This document shows, piece by piece, positions 25,384-38,810 of a stretch of DNA of 64,000 nucleotides. Made by a program: the position numbers and the translations under genes. The stretch is from Octopus sinensis (taxonomy: Eukaryota). The notes below the pieces were generated by a model, which worked only from the letters and a program-made list of their open reading frames with translations, was not told the origin of the DNA and made no database searches. The stretch is taken from contig NC_042998.1 in the NCBI RefSeq assembly GCF_006345805.1, forward strand, positions 48,174,001-48,238,000, in the 5' to 3' direction. How positions within the stretch are numbered: position 1 is the stretch's first letter; each line of letters begins with the position of its first letter.

Positions 25384-25762
25384 CGGAGGCGCAATGGCCC
25401 AGTGGTTAGGGCAGCGGACTCGCGGTCGTAGGATCGCGGTTTCGATTCCCAGACCGGGCGTTGTGAGTGTTTATTGAGCGAAAACACCTAAAGCTCCACG
25501 AGGCTCCGGCAGGGATGGTGGTGATCCCTGCTGTACTCTTTCACCACAACTTTCTCTCACTCTTACTTCCTGTTTCTGTTGTACCTGTATTTCAAAGGGT
25601 CGGCCTTGTCACTCTCTGTGTCACGCTGAATCTCCCTGAGAACTACGTTAAGGGTACACGTGTCTGTGGAGTGCTGTCACTTACACGTTAATTTCACGAG
25701 CAGGCTGTTCCGTTGATCAGATCAACCGGAAACCTCGTCGTCGTAACCGACGGAGTGCTTCC
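25384..25762 (+). mobile_element. SINE family C, full length with 14-bp TSD
   Basis: TSD ATTAACTGAGCTGG at 25370-25383 and 25763-25776. Confidence 0.9.
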
Positions 25763-27107
25763 ATTAACTGAGCTGGACACATACACTAAACGCTTTTTCT
25801 ATATTTAATCCATTCTTTGTTCTGCTTACTCGATCTGAAATCTATACAAATGTAGGGATTCAAACCCCAAATGCAAGATATTCAGTTAAGGATTCTGAGT
25901 GAGCCACCACAGTTTCATGTGATTGATCTATAAATAAACCAATCAGTGTGAAGCTGTGGGATGGCATGGCTTACACAGATGATCTAAAATTCACTTCCTT
26001 TTCAAGTCTGGCACTTAACTCAGCCAGAAGGCCTCGGGCATTTGCACAGACGGCCTCAGGCATTCACAGTCCAACTTGGGCCCTCACAGCTTTGATTGGA
26101 TCACCTCAGGCTCTCAGACAAACCACCTAGATGACTCCAGACACTTACGATGTACCACAACTATCCTTCTACAAGCCACAGTGTAATTCTCTCCTCCCAG
26201 TCGGTGGTTACATTATCAGCATCTTTCTTCTATAAACAGCTGATGAAGTAAATCATCTCCAGCAATAAATATGTTAAAAGTTAAAATTCCATGAGCTGCT
26301 TTATTAATTATATGCACAACCATCTAACCACACTATGATGATCTTCAACAATACAACACCAGTAACAAGCTACCACCACAGCAACAATGACCATGCAATA
26401 TCACAAGTGTAAATTTCTATTTGGTTAACATTGCCAACTGGATAATATAACAAAGACCAGTACCAAGGTATGGGCCACTTTGTGCCAGTATTAAAATATG
26501 TACCCCTTCTATCAGTCTCAGAGAGTGTACCCTTTCTCTATCATTTTTCTTTTCTTTTTTTCTTTATTGCCCACAAGGAGCTAAATAGGGGACAAACAAG
26601 GACAGACAAAGGGATTAAGTCGATTACATCGACCCCAGTGCGTAACTGGTATTTAATTTATCAACCCTGAAAGGATGAAAGGCAAAGGCAATCTCGGTGG
26701 AATTTGAACTCAGGATGTAATGGCAGACGAAATACTGCTAAGCATTTTGCCTGGTGTGCTAACATTTCCGCCAGCTTGCCGACTTTCTCTATCTTATTAT
26801 GCAACTTCCTCCAGCTACCATCCTATTTTACAGCAGCTGAAAAATGCAGCTGAATAATTTTAATAATTAATTGCACACAAGAATTCTATAACTTTATGCT
26901 CATATATCAACAAATAAAATTGTTACTTGACAAAATTTTAAATATTTCTCTTGCCAAATAATGTGACAAGTGTTAACACCAAAAGGCCCTATCCAGTCTA
27001 TCCTAGCTGCCCACCAACCTCTATCTTCCTGTAAACCAGAAATGATCTTGCTTGCTCTCCTCGTTGGTAAAATTTGAAATTTTTAATTGGATTAAGAAAT
27101 TTTGCCC

Positions 27108-27465
27108 AAGGGATGTCTGTGTGGTAAGAAGCTTACTTCCAAACTACATGGTTCTGGGTTCATGGCTCTTTGGGTAAGTGTCTTCTACTAAAGCTTTGGG
27201 CCTTGTGAGTGAATTTGGTTGATGGAAACTGAAAGCAGCCCATCATGTGCGTGTATGTGTGTGTGTATGTGTGTGTGTGTGTGTGTGTGTTTGTCCCCCA
27301 CCACTGCTTCACAATCAGTTTTGGTGAGTTTACACTTTGGCAAACGAGACCAATAAAATAAGCACAAGGCTTAAAAAAAAAAGTAGGAGGACCAATTCAT
27401 TTGACTAAAAAATTCTTCAAGCATGGTCACAGTGTAATGACTGAAATGAGTAAGATAAAAAAGAT
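27108..27465 (+). mobile_element. SINE family A (older copy)
   Basis: Diverged head and tail of family A. Confidence 0.75.
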
Positions 27466-27679
27466 GTTCAGAGTCAGAGTAATGAAAGCCCATCCAATCA
27501 TCACTCCAACCCCTGATTTCAGAGCTCAGGTAATTTACCTAGATTGCTTTGTGCATAGCAGCAACTCTGAATATTAATATTACAGCATCAAAATAAATAA
27601 AAAAAATAAAACACAGAAAACTTTTAATATTCTAATAAATATTGAAGTAATGAAGAACAAAAACATAAAAACTTCTTAC

Positions 27680-27778
27680 CAGAAAGCTTTCAACATTGAA
27701 AAGCCAGCACCACGTAAGGGCAAGCTAACAGCTAAACCTTCAGGAAAATTCTGTATTCCAATACCTATAGCCAAGTTT
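27680..27778 (-). CDS. SLC39A11: ZIP11 internal coding exon ([33 protein letters not shown]), 99 nt, phase 2/2
   Basis: ttttatttcag|AAACTTGGC...TTCTG|gtaaga; contains the TM5 QNFPEG metal-site motif. Confidence 0.97.
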
Positions 27779-27905
27779 CTGAAATAAAAAAAGTTAAACA
27801 AAAATCACATAAAATAAACAAATTGAAGAGAAACCTGAAAACTATTTAGATAAGCTGATAATGTTTAATGATGGTGAAATACAAACCTTATTTCCAAGAA
27901 AGCTG

Positions 27906-27954
<49 letters not shown>

Positions 27955-30922
27955 TTTCCCCTGAATAATACAATCTCTTATCTATCTACAGTTTATTATT
28001 TTGCTACTCTTCTGTTTGAGTTCAAACCAAAGTCGACTTTGCCTTTCATTTTTTACTATTCTTTTACATTGGGATCGATAAAATAAGAACCAATTGAGAA
28101 CTGGGGTTGATGTAATCAACAATGCCATTCCACTCCAAACTTCAAGCCCTGTGCCTATTGTAGAGAAGATTCTTCTTCTACTATTTACCTTTTCTGCACT
28201 ACCACACAACACTTTGTCTCACCTGAGCCTCTTCTATTTCTCATCATTTTTTTCCCTTCAACTCATATTTATCATTGACCATGCCTTTATAACTGTTCAC
28301 CATTTACTGCATTAACCTCTTTCCCATCACTAACTGTCACTCACCTCCTACTCACTGGCAAACTTTCCCTATCTACCCTTCCTGATCTTCTGTCTCTATT
28401 CTCTCTTTTCCTCACCTTCTTGTACCTTTAAGATATATGCTGATACTTCATTACCACCATCTCTATCTGTCTTTCCAGCTACTCCCACCCATCCACTCTT
28501 ATATAATGTAGCCATTTAGCTCCCCTACAGCAAGAAACTTGTTCCCATATCTCTATCATATTTTAGCCTCTCAACAGCATGCATAACACTACCCCATCTC
28601 TCTCTGCTACATTTTTATTCAGGCAAAGGGGTAAACTCACTAGTGCTGGTACCCAACAAAATGCATCCAGTAGACTTTGTAAATCAGTTGATATAGTGAA
28701 GGGCATCAAGCTATAGAAACCATGCCAAAGTAGATATCGGAGCTTGATGCAGTTCTTTGAATTGTTGGATCCTGTCAAACCATCAAAACATTCAACCTAT
28801 GCCAGTATGGAAGATGGACATAAATTTAAAGTTAAAAATTATGTTGAGTAGGGTCAGTATCTTAAATCGCCTCTTATGAAAGTCTTATATTTCAAACATT
28901 TTCAAATTCACATGAGTAAGACTCTTGGTTTCCATTTTGAGGTAAATAGATTCAGTTTTGTGCAAATGCTGATTGTAAAAGGTTCAAATGTGCCCCTTAA
29001 ATGGAGTAATTCTCATTCATATTTTGGACAGTGGCATTTTACCTTTCAATTCTATCTTTCCCTTCTTCTTAATAGCCACTGTCAATAGTCTCTTCCCTCT
29101 CTCTTTTCCCTTTACCATTTCTCATCCCAAGAATTGTCACCTACTCTATCATCTATTTTACTTCAATTATAGGGACCAACTGAAGCCCTTGCAGGCTACA
29201 ATACAATCTTCATTAGTTTTTGTGCTACGAGAAAGTTCCACTACAGCAAGAAACCTGTTCTTGACCCTCTAATATACTTTAGCCTCTCAATAGCAAGCAT
29301 AAACCAGCCCCACCTCTCTACTAAAGTTCCACATAATCAAAAAGGTGAACTCACTAATGCTGGTGCCTTCAAAAAACAAAAACACTCAGTAATCTCTGCT
29401 TACTAAATTTTTATGCAGCAGGCATTCCTAAGTAATTTCTCCCAGTCAGTCTGTAAAAATTATCATGTCACTGGAATTTATATTCACTCTAATCCTTCTA
29501 AGATTTGGCATTATTAGTTACACTATACTACAGTGATGAGGTGTAATAAGGTTGATTGATACATGTTCAAATTTGTCACTGTTTTGCTAACGATGAGACT
29601 CACTCTCCTGCTTTTTAAAAATCTTTTTTAGAAGGGAAAGCAATGCCCATAGTCCTTTACAGAGTCTCCAAGACTGGTAGGAGGTATACTAAACCAACAA
29701 AAGGGTCCAGTTGCTTGCCAAAGACTCGACCCTGCTGAAGTTAACTAAGGTATCATATGATGGTGTTAAATATGGTGACAGATTAAGTCTGTTACCAATG
29801 TAGGCCATGGTGGGATTTGAATTCTTTATTTAATCTACTTAAATTCAGGGTTATCTCCCCTGCCTTTCTTGTTCTTAATTAGTATTTGAGATGATATTTC
29901 TTCGCCTCACTAAGAGTGTCATTTTAATTAATTAAATTCCTTGGCTTACTACATTATGTACATTAGTACCCCTTTTACTAAGTCTAATGGATTCTTCTCT
30001 TTAGAACTTTCTTGCTGTAAATTATTTCGACTAATTGCACTCACATCTTTTGCTTTAGTATTGCCCCTCGTGAACATAAACATTTCAAACTTCCTACTTA
30101 TCTACACAACCTCGTCAATGAGACTGCAACACTCCACTCTTCACATCCATACACCAGTTTTATTCAAACCATTAGGCTTTCTCATCACAGAAAACTTCCA
30201 TGAACCATGAGTCACACCCTGCTATTCAATAAGAACTCTGGCCGAAATAAGATTAAGATTAATGTAAAAAATAAATAACACTGAAGCAAAGTAACACCAA
30301 ATATATAGTGCGTGTGTTTTTATTGGCTAAACTGGCAAAATGACCATTCCAAAATACAACAATATTATAATATTGTTCTTGTATAAAAAAAAAAAAGTAC
30401 TGTAAATCAGTTGTTTAAAGAATAAACTGCAAATGTTGAAGATTCTTTACAGTTTCTGTACAAAGTCAGCCTTCATTGAAGCAGACATTCCAGTCATGAC
30501 CATTCCATCATTTTTTTCCCAAACATAGCATATCCCAAACTACATTACCCATTGTGGCTTATTGTGTGTGCGTGTGTGTATGTGTGAGAGAGAGAGAGAG
30601 AAAGAGAGTTCACAACATGTTACCACTTGTTAGTTCTGAGGTTGTTATTTATCAGGTCTTTTCATTGTCTTGCATAACATTTTATTTTTATTCTGACAAT
30701 CTACCTCATTGTAGCGGTGCCTTGATTTTATGAACGTTTGCTCTCCAGAGAGTCACACATCATTTCTACCAGAAGCCTTAACTTGTCCCACTATTACGCA
30801 AATGGGACAAACTTACAAAAAACTATTGTTCTACACCAGCAGGAAAAAATTATCAAACAGACAAAGAAACTACCACCACCACCACCACCATGACAAAAAC
30901 AAGTAAAGAAAAATATACATAC

Positions 30923-30992
30923 CTTGCACTTTCAAATGTTGCAGATTTGCTTTTGCCAATTGCACCAAAGCCTACTCCAACTGCAAGACCCT
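30923..30992 (-). CDS. SLC39A11: ZIP11 internal coding exon (EGLAVGVGFGAIGKSKSATFESAR), 70 nt, phase 1/2
   Basis: tttctttcaccag|AGGGTCTTGCA...GCAAG|gtatgt; completes HNIPEGLAVG. Confidence 0.97.
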
Positions 30993-31102
30993 CTGGTGAA
31001 AGAAATGAAATAATAGGTTTTTAAAAGCTATCAGACTTCAACAAAAGAAGTTAAAATTTTTAAATGTGGCCCAATAAAACAACTTAATTCAGCAAACACC
31101 TA

Positions 31103-31505
31103 GGTGCTGGCATGGCTGTGTGGTAAGAAGCTTGCTTCCCAACCAAATGGCTCCAGGTTCAGTCCCACTGCATGTTACCTTCGGCAAGTAGCCTCTACTA
31201 TAGCTTTGGGCTGACCAAAACCTCATGAGTGGATTTGGTAGACAGAAACTGAAAGAAGCCCATCATATATATATATATATATGTGACTTCTTAGTCTGTA
31301 TTTGACTCCCATCACAGCTTGATAACTGGTGTTGATGTGTTTATGTACCCATAACTTAGAGGTTTGGAAAAGGAGACCAATAGAATAAATGACACGCTTA
31401 AAAAAAAGAAGCTCTGAGGTCAATACATTTGACTAAAATAAATTCAAGGTGGTGCCCCAGCATGGCCACAGTCTAATGACTGAAACATGTAAAAGATAAA
31501 GGATA
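31103..31505 (+). mobile_element. SINE family A in the short 718-nt intron
   Basis: Family A head and tail; fills more than half of intron 30993-31710. Confidence 0.8.
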
Positions 31506-31710
31506 AAAAAACTCCTATCCAAACTCACTTCTGTTCATCTATGGGTAATCTTATATGAACTTTGTTATTCCATCTGTTGCTAATTCATTTATGTTGAGTT
31601 TCTTCCTTAGTTTTTCTCATTCATACCTTTGAGCAATTTACTCATTGAGCAGTAATTTCTTGTTAGTAAAAGACAGAAGAATCCAAGAAAGAAATCAATT
31701 GGAACTGTAC

Positions 31711-31938
31711 CTGGAATGTTATGAATTGTTACAGCAACAATCAACAGTAAAATTCTCTTCCAGCTTGCTGCAGCTGATGCTGCTTCCAGACTTTCAGTCA
31801 AAGTATCTTTTCTATCCCCTGTACCTTGTAGGGGTTCCTGGATGTTGTTAGTTTTTAATAGCTGCCCTTGATCACCTGTAACCATGCGTCGACGTTGAAA
31901 TGGCATGTGCTGGAAGTCTTCTATTTGAATAGTAGAAT
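31711..31938 (-). CDS. SLC39A11: ZIP11 internal coding exon (DSTIQIEDFQHMPFQRRR...SWKRILLLIVAVTIHNIP), 228 nt, phase 1/1
   Basis: tatatttcaag|ATTCTACT...ATTCCAG|gtacag; overlaps ORF 31607..31906; contains the TM4 HNxP motif. Confidence 0.95.
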
Positions 31939-32374
31939 CTTGAAATATAGCAGAGTAAAAAATACAATGATAAATCAGTAAATGAAATGAGATTGGTTTC
32001 CTAAAATAATGGAAATTTCTATGTGCGATTTTTTTTTTTTTTTAGCTTCTAACATTATCCTTTTTATATCAACCCATTTCTGCCAAATGACAAATTAAGA
32101 GTACTGGCCCTGGGAGAGTTATCTTATTGATTTTGAGATTGTATTATAAGTCTAATAACAAGGCATTGAAAACTTTCACATCATTTAAATACTGTTCTAT
32201 ATATGAAAACAAGGAAATGCAAATTTGAGCGCAAACGTTTTGGCCTAGTTAGCTAACCTGCTCGGACAAATGCAACACATTTTGTTTTTATCGAAATATG
32301 CAATGTATTTTGGGTAAACCTAGCACCAATAAGATAGAATAATTCATCAAAATAAAGAATTGTGTATAAACTGT

Positions 32375-32735
32375 CACTCTGTCGGTTACAATAAGGATTC
32401 CAGTTGATCCAATCCACGGAACAGCCTGCTCATGAAATTAATGTGCAAGTAGCTGAGCACTCCACAGACACATGTACCCTTAACAGTCTTCAGGGAGATT
32501 CAGCATGACACAGAGTGTGACAAGGCTGACCCTTTGAGTGTGACAAGGCTGGCCTTTTGAGTGTGACAAGGCTGGCCCTTTGAGTGACAAGGCTGGCCTT
32601 TCTTGTTTTTGCCAGCTGAGTGGATTGGAACAGCATGAAATAAAATGTCTTGCTCAAGGACACAATGCATTGCCAGGAATTGAAATCATGACCTAATGGT
32701 CATAAGCTGAATATCCTAACCGCTAAGCCATGCAC
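32375..32735 (-). mobile_element. Older SINE (E-type head, C-type tail) with an internal ~24-bp tandem expansion
   Basis: GTGACAAGGCTGGCC(C/T)TTTGA repeated four times at ~32515-32600. Confidence 0.7.
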
Positions 32736-34649
32736 AGAATTGTGTATACCTGACCATAAATAGGCACTCTTAAAACTCACCAATTATACTGTCAACTAAG
32801 ACACATTCACATACTACTCCATATCCAATCAATGCTTTAACTCACAATGCATTCAACACATTTTCATGTCTCTCACTGTGCAAGACAAAACCAATATAAA
32901 CTAAACATAATAAATGTCTCTTCCATCAGTTTTGACAATGAGCATTTTGTCTGTTTAATCAACACATATTCATATTCATTATTCATTCCTTTATCATGTA
33001 AGTGGCTGAGTATTCCTAGACATGTACACTCTTAACGTAATCCTCAGTCACAATCAGTGTGATACAGTGTGAGGCAAAGCCAGCCCTTTGAATTACAAAT
33101 ACGGTCAATTCAACAGTCTCTATCTATCAAATATTACACACATGGCTTGGGCCAACTTAAACCTATAATAAAAGATACCAGCCTAAGGTATCACTCAGTG
33201 AGATTGAACCAGAAAGCTCATGATCATGAAGCAGACATCTTAACTACACCACCATGCCTGCACCGAATACAAGCAAATTTACACAAGCAATCTCCATTGT
33301 GAGAGTGCCAAGAAGTTTGTCGGTATCATGTCACTGACAGAGTCACCTTCCTTTGAGAAGCTTACCACAGAGCAGCTTAGCTGATTAGTATAATAGAGTA
33401 AAAAATTCCTCAAATTGATGAGTGTTTCATTGGCTTGTGATTCTAAGTTTTATTCTTTTAACATGCATGTTCTGTTCTATTCCTCAAGAAGAGGTTTGAG
33501 TACTGGGTTAGTAACTTTTTCTCAAAACATGCGTTTGATGACAATGTAAACTTCATTTGATTAAGGTATCGTTGACCCGACGCATAACTAGTAGATTACA
33601 CCTCATTTTGGTAATTATTACTTCCAAGATTCTGCTAGCTATGGAACATGTGTAGTCTGGATTCTATCTACTTGATTCCCTAATTTTGGTTTTTATTCAC
33701 ACAAACACAGCAACTTCAGCTGCTAACCATAGACTATGAATTAACATTTTTCAGCTTATCAAACTTTGATAAGGGTAAAATTTACAACCTTCTATGTCAA
33801 TAAACCACTAGTGTTCCTGAAAGTTGTTCTTTATGCCTTCTACAGAATGCTCAAAGCTTACTAACCTCCTACACCTTGATCTTTGGATCTTATCTTTACA
33901 CACACACACACACACATATATATTCGCCATCAAAATTCTGTTCAATGCCTGGAACAATCTGTTAGAAAAGATACTATACTATTCTGAGATCAGTAAAGTA
34001 AATGAAGCCGAATAGTATTGAGTGGGTCTATGATTACTTTGACATCTGGTGTGTGGTACAGCAGGCAATGTCAATTTGATGCTGGGAGTTAACAAATGTG
34101 CAGTACAAACATTTGATCACTATAAACAAATTGTCTGTGCAGAATGGTTAGCAAACCAGTGGCTCAATATGATCTTCAGTTCATACTAAACCTTTCTGCC
34201 ATTTATGACAGGAGAATGCACCATAACAATTTGATTTTATGCACATGTTAATAGTCGCCTTACAGGCACTTGTGCCTGTGCTAGTAGGGTGTCAAGAGCA
34301 CCATCCGAGAGTGATCATTACCAGAGCAACCAGCTGGCTTCCGTGCCAGTGGCACATAAAAGGGCACCATTCGAGTGTGATCATTACCAACATTGCCTTA
34401 CTGGCACCTGTGCTGGTGGCATGTGTATAAAGATTCGGGCGAGGTTGTTGCCAGTACTGCCTGACTGGCCCCTGTGCTGGTGGCACGTAAAAAGCACCCA
34501 CTACACTCTCGGAGTGGTTGGTGTTAGGAAGGGCATCCAGCTGTAGAAACTCTGCCAAATCAAGATTGGAGCCTGGTGCAGCCATCTGGTTCGCCAGCCC
34601 TCAGTCAAAATCGTCCAACCCATGCTAGCATGGAAAGCGGACATTAAAC

Positions 34650-34688
<39 letters not shown>

Positions 34689-36289
34689 TAGTAATTCAAC
34701 TCCTGTATCCAAATACAGCATAAATCCAATCATCATATCAAAGGATAGGTTAAAATGCAGGATCAAAGCCACATTACATACTGAGAAGTGCAGAAAATAT
34801 TTTTGATATTTCTGGTGTCTTTTACCAATGTACAGAAGAAATGAACACCTCACTGAAACACGTTCTAAAAGCATAAAAATTTCATCATCATCGTCATTTA
34901 GCATCTGTCTTCTGTGCTGGCATGGGCTGGATGGTTTGATAGGAACTGGTAAGCTAGAGGACTGCACCAAGCTTGTCTGTTTTGCATGGTTTTTACAGCT
35001 AGATGCCCTTCCTAACACCAACCACTTTACAGAGTGGACTGGGAGTTTTTCAGTGGCACCAGCACAAGTGAGGTCTGCTTTGGCAAGATTTTTATGGCTG
35101 GATGCCCTTCTTAAAGTAAACCACTTTACAGAGAGGACTAGATGCTTTTTATATGACACCAATATAAATATTAAAACCTATTGAAAAGAGACTTACTACA
35201 GTATAGACACAAAATACTATAATTAACTTTAATAATCTTATGTTTAAGAAAAATACCAGCAAGGAAATATGTTATTATTGTGTTTTACACTTGAAAACCA
35301 TATCAATTAATTGAATATTTCTCTCTGGAGTTTCAAATTGCTTTCAAATAATGAATGAAATAATAGAATAAACACAAAGGAAAATTTGGTATATTCCACA
35401 GAAGAGAATCAAATAAATTTACTTCAGAGATAATTGTGTTTGTTACTTATACAAAAGGACTATAAAATAAGCCAATTCAATAATGAGTCTTTCTCTAATA
35501 ACAAAATGACATGCAAATGTAATTAAACATATAATATATACAGCAACATATAAGAGAGCTAACTAAAAAAGCCATGCAGTGATAAAGTAAAAACAAATTA
35601 AGAATATATGAAAAAAAAAAACATTAATAAAAGCAATTACATCCATTCTTTTTTTCTGCAAAATAATAAGATTAGAAAGAAAACAAAACTACAACACTCT
35701 ATAACAAAAGAAATCATTATTATCATTATCAATTTTATATTATTATTATCATCATTATTATTAATATTATTAACAGCCTTATCTTAATAAGATTCACTGA
35801 AGAAATAATTTTCTTACAAATTAACAAAACACATACAAATAACAAAAGCACACATGTATAACACAAATATAAGCACAACATTCATGCACAAATGTGTGTA
35901 GAATTCTTCTTTGTATTTTATTCTATTTTTTTTTATTTATTTATTTATATATTTACTTTTGTAGTAGTCCTCCTCCCCATATCTCCCCCTACAGATGTTC
36001 TCAGCTAAACAACAGAACAGATTTTTTTCTGCTAAAACTTATTTTTCAGAACATTACATCTAATACTTATTTCACATGTTCAACGTTATTAAACTTGCTA
36101 AAAGGTGCTATTTTACTTATGCTAAAGAAAAAAGAAAAAAAAACAAAAAACAATGACCCTTAAAGGTAGATCTTCCAAGATTGGTAAGGTGAGCAAAATT
36201 GAAATTTAGACTTCATAAGTAGACTGGTGCTCATGGGGAAAACATGCATTCTCAAAAATTAGAAGAGATCTTTTACAATTTGGAAAATA

Positions 36290-37140
36290 AGAGAGCTTGG
36301 AAGGTATTGCACTGCTGATAAGTATCCACATCCTGTCCTTGATAATGATGTCAGGCTTGTTGGCTTTTATCTCTTTGTCAGTGATAATGTATGGTTGATG
36401 TTCATACTAATTCTCAGTTATCTTAATTTTATAACTCCTGCATATTTTCCTGTGTGGATATGCTGTTGCTTTGTTATGTCTGAGAACATATATGGTTGTT
36501 GCTAGTTCCAGGCATCTAGAGCCAATGTGATCAATGATTTCTTTATATTTTCTAAATATCCTGCATTGTCGATCTACTCCATACTTGATGAAGTGATGGA
36601 AATAGGGTCTAGCAGCAATACCATAGTAAAGTGATAATAAGACCTTCTGATTCTGCAACTAGTATGTCTTCACTTAAGTAATTTTTCAATTCTGAATTCC
36701 ATTCCAATTTTGTCATTGAAGATCTTGACAACAGTAACCAGCTTTGCTGACAGTCAGCCTTCATAAATATCTTGAGGTCATCAATATAGAACAGGTGGTT
36801 CTGTGACTTGTACCTATGGCCATAGTTGTTCAGGAGATTGCTGAGTGGTTCTAAAGCAGGTCAAAAGAGCTGTGATGTTGATGAGACTCCATGGAACATG
36901 CTGCTCCTTATATCGAGTGGTTTTAATGTTCATGATCCATTTGCATGATAGAAATTTAGGGTAGTTAGTCATCCAGGTCTTCATACTTTCTGCAATGAAT
37001 TTCATGATTGTCAAGCAGACTGTACATCTTGAAGTTCCTCTATCCAGGAGTGTAGCACACTGTCAGATGCCTTCTTATAGTCAATCCATACAGCTAACAG
37101 GTTTTCGTCTTTGATTAGACCTCATGTAACATGGCTTTAT
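36290..37140 (-). pseudogene. R4/Dong-clade (RLE-type) non-LTR retrotransposon relic with internal deletions
   Basis: IDYKKASDSVLHSWI (~37050-37090), LEPLSNLL...HLFYIDDLKIF (~36770-36840), DRQCRI...EIIDHIGSRC zinc-knuckle region, and ITDKEIKANKPDIIIKD (RLE PD motif, ~36335-36390). Confidence 0.8.
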
Positions 37141-37789
37141 CAAAGAATTGCTGGCCTCATTATTATTATTAGCAGAAGGCGGTGAGCTGACAGAATTGTT
37201 AGCATGCTGGGCAAAATGCTCAGTAGCATTTCATTCTGAGTTCAAATTCCACTGAGGTTGACTTTGTTTTTCATCCCTTTTGAGATTGACAAAATTAGTA
37301 CCAGGGAAGCATTGGGGTCGATGTATTCAACTGAACCCCCCCCCAAAAAAAAAAGAATTGCTGGCCTTGTGCCAAAATTTGAAACCATAACTATTATTAG
37401 TAGAAGCAGTAGTAGCAGCAAGAGTAGCAGTAGTGGAAGAAAATTCCTCAGTATCATCATCCTTCTTCTTTTCATTGTCATCATTAAATTCATCATCATC
37501 ATCATTAACATCACCATCATCATCACTATTATTATTATCATTGGCATCAAGCTGGCAGTATCATTAGAAAGAAATGTTTTGTAATATTTCTATCTGCTGG
37601 CTACACTCGGAGTTAAAAATCCACAGAAATCAACTCTGCCTTTCAGGGTCAATAAAATAAAGTACCAGTCTAGTACGGGGTGGGGGTGGAGGATATCAAG
37701 TAATCAACTTGCTCCCTCTCCTCAAAATTGCTGGACTTGTGGCAAAATTTAAAACAGTTGTCATCAGCATCATCTTTATCGTTATCATA

Positions 37790-38810
37790 TGCTAACTGAA
37801 TTAGCTGCAATGTTGTCCTGAGGTTTGGTGACAACAGCTCTTCAAATCTCAAGAATTTCCCCTTTTGTGTCTATAACTTCATCACTTGAGCGTGGTCATT
37901 GCCAGTACCGCCTGACTGGCCCTCGTGCTGGTAGCATGTAAAAGCACCCACTACACTCTCGGAGTAGTTGGTGTTAGGAAGGGCATCCAGCTGTAGAAAC
38001 TCTGCCAGATCAAGATTGGAGCCTGGTGCAGCCATCTGGTTCGCCAGTCCTCAGTCAAATTGTCCAACCCATGCTAGCATGGAAAGCGGACGTTAAACAA
38101 TGATGATGATGATTTCTTTGGCTAGGTCCTGATGATTCTCAGTTCCTTTGATATCCGTTCTACTATTACATGGTATTGCAAAACCTATAATATTATATTG
38201 TTTTTCTTTTTCTTCAGTTCTCTAAGATCATATCTGGCCTCTTTGAGTCAATATTATAGTCAACCTCTATGGAGAAATCCCATAAAACCCTGTAATTATC
38301 ATTGATAATCACTATCTCTAGCTTAAGTTCATATCACTTTTCCAACACTTCAAATTCACAAACTTAGCTAGCATCCCATTGCACCATTTTATCAACAGTC
38401 ATACCTATGCTTACACTCTTTTTGTGCTAGCTTATTGCATTTACTTAGCAGAAGTTTAATACTTTTGACTCGCTTTCCACATAATCTGTATTTGCTCTCT
38501 GACTGAGTTTTATCAAACTTTGTCTTTATTAAATTCATTCTAATGACTTGTTCTTGAGAGGCAACAATTAGGAATTCAGTTTCTCAGTGAGTTTCCATCT
38601 CTCAGTCACAACCATTAACTGTCACCACCAGCAACCCAGGTTTGTTGCATAAATTGACCATGTAATTCCTTCTCTTTCCAGCTGTCTTGTTCTTCTTCCT
38701 GTTCTTGAATTCTCTTAGTGTTTCAACAACTTTTTGGATATTTCTGGTTGCAGATAATGTTCTTTATTCACTACTCACAAAATAGTTGTTTCAAACCCAA
38801 TACCACAGCA
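37790..38810 (-). pseudogene. Second R4/Dong-clade relic (3' CCHC/RLE part), interrupted by an RTE tail at 37890-38113
   Basis: VASQEQVIRMNLIKTKFDKTQSESKYRLCGK...CNKLAQKECKHRYD resembles AAQDQALRTNSIKAKIDKT...KCRLC...CxKLAQKEYKRRHD. Confidence 0.65.

Noticed and set aside
25384-25460. tRNA-like A and B boxes (also in all SINE heads)
   Set aside because: They are followed by SINE bodies and TSDs and have no complete cloverleaf; these are SINE heads, not tRNA genes.
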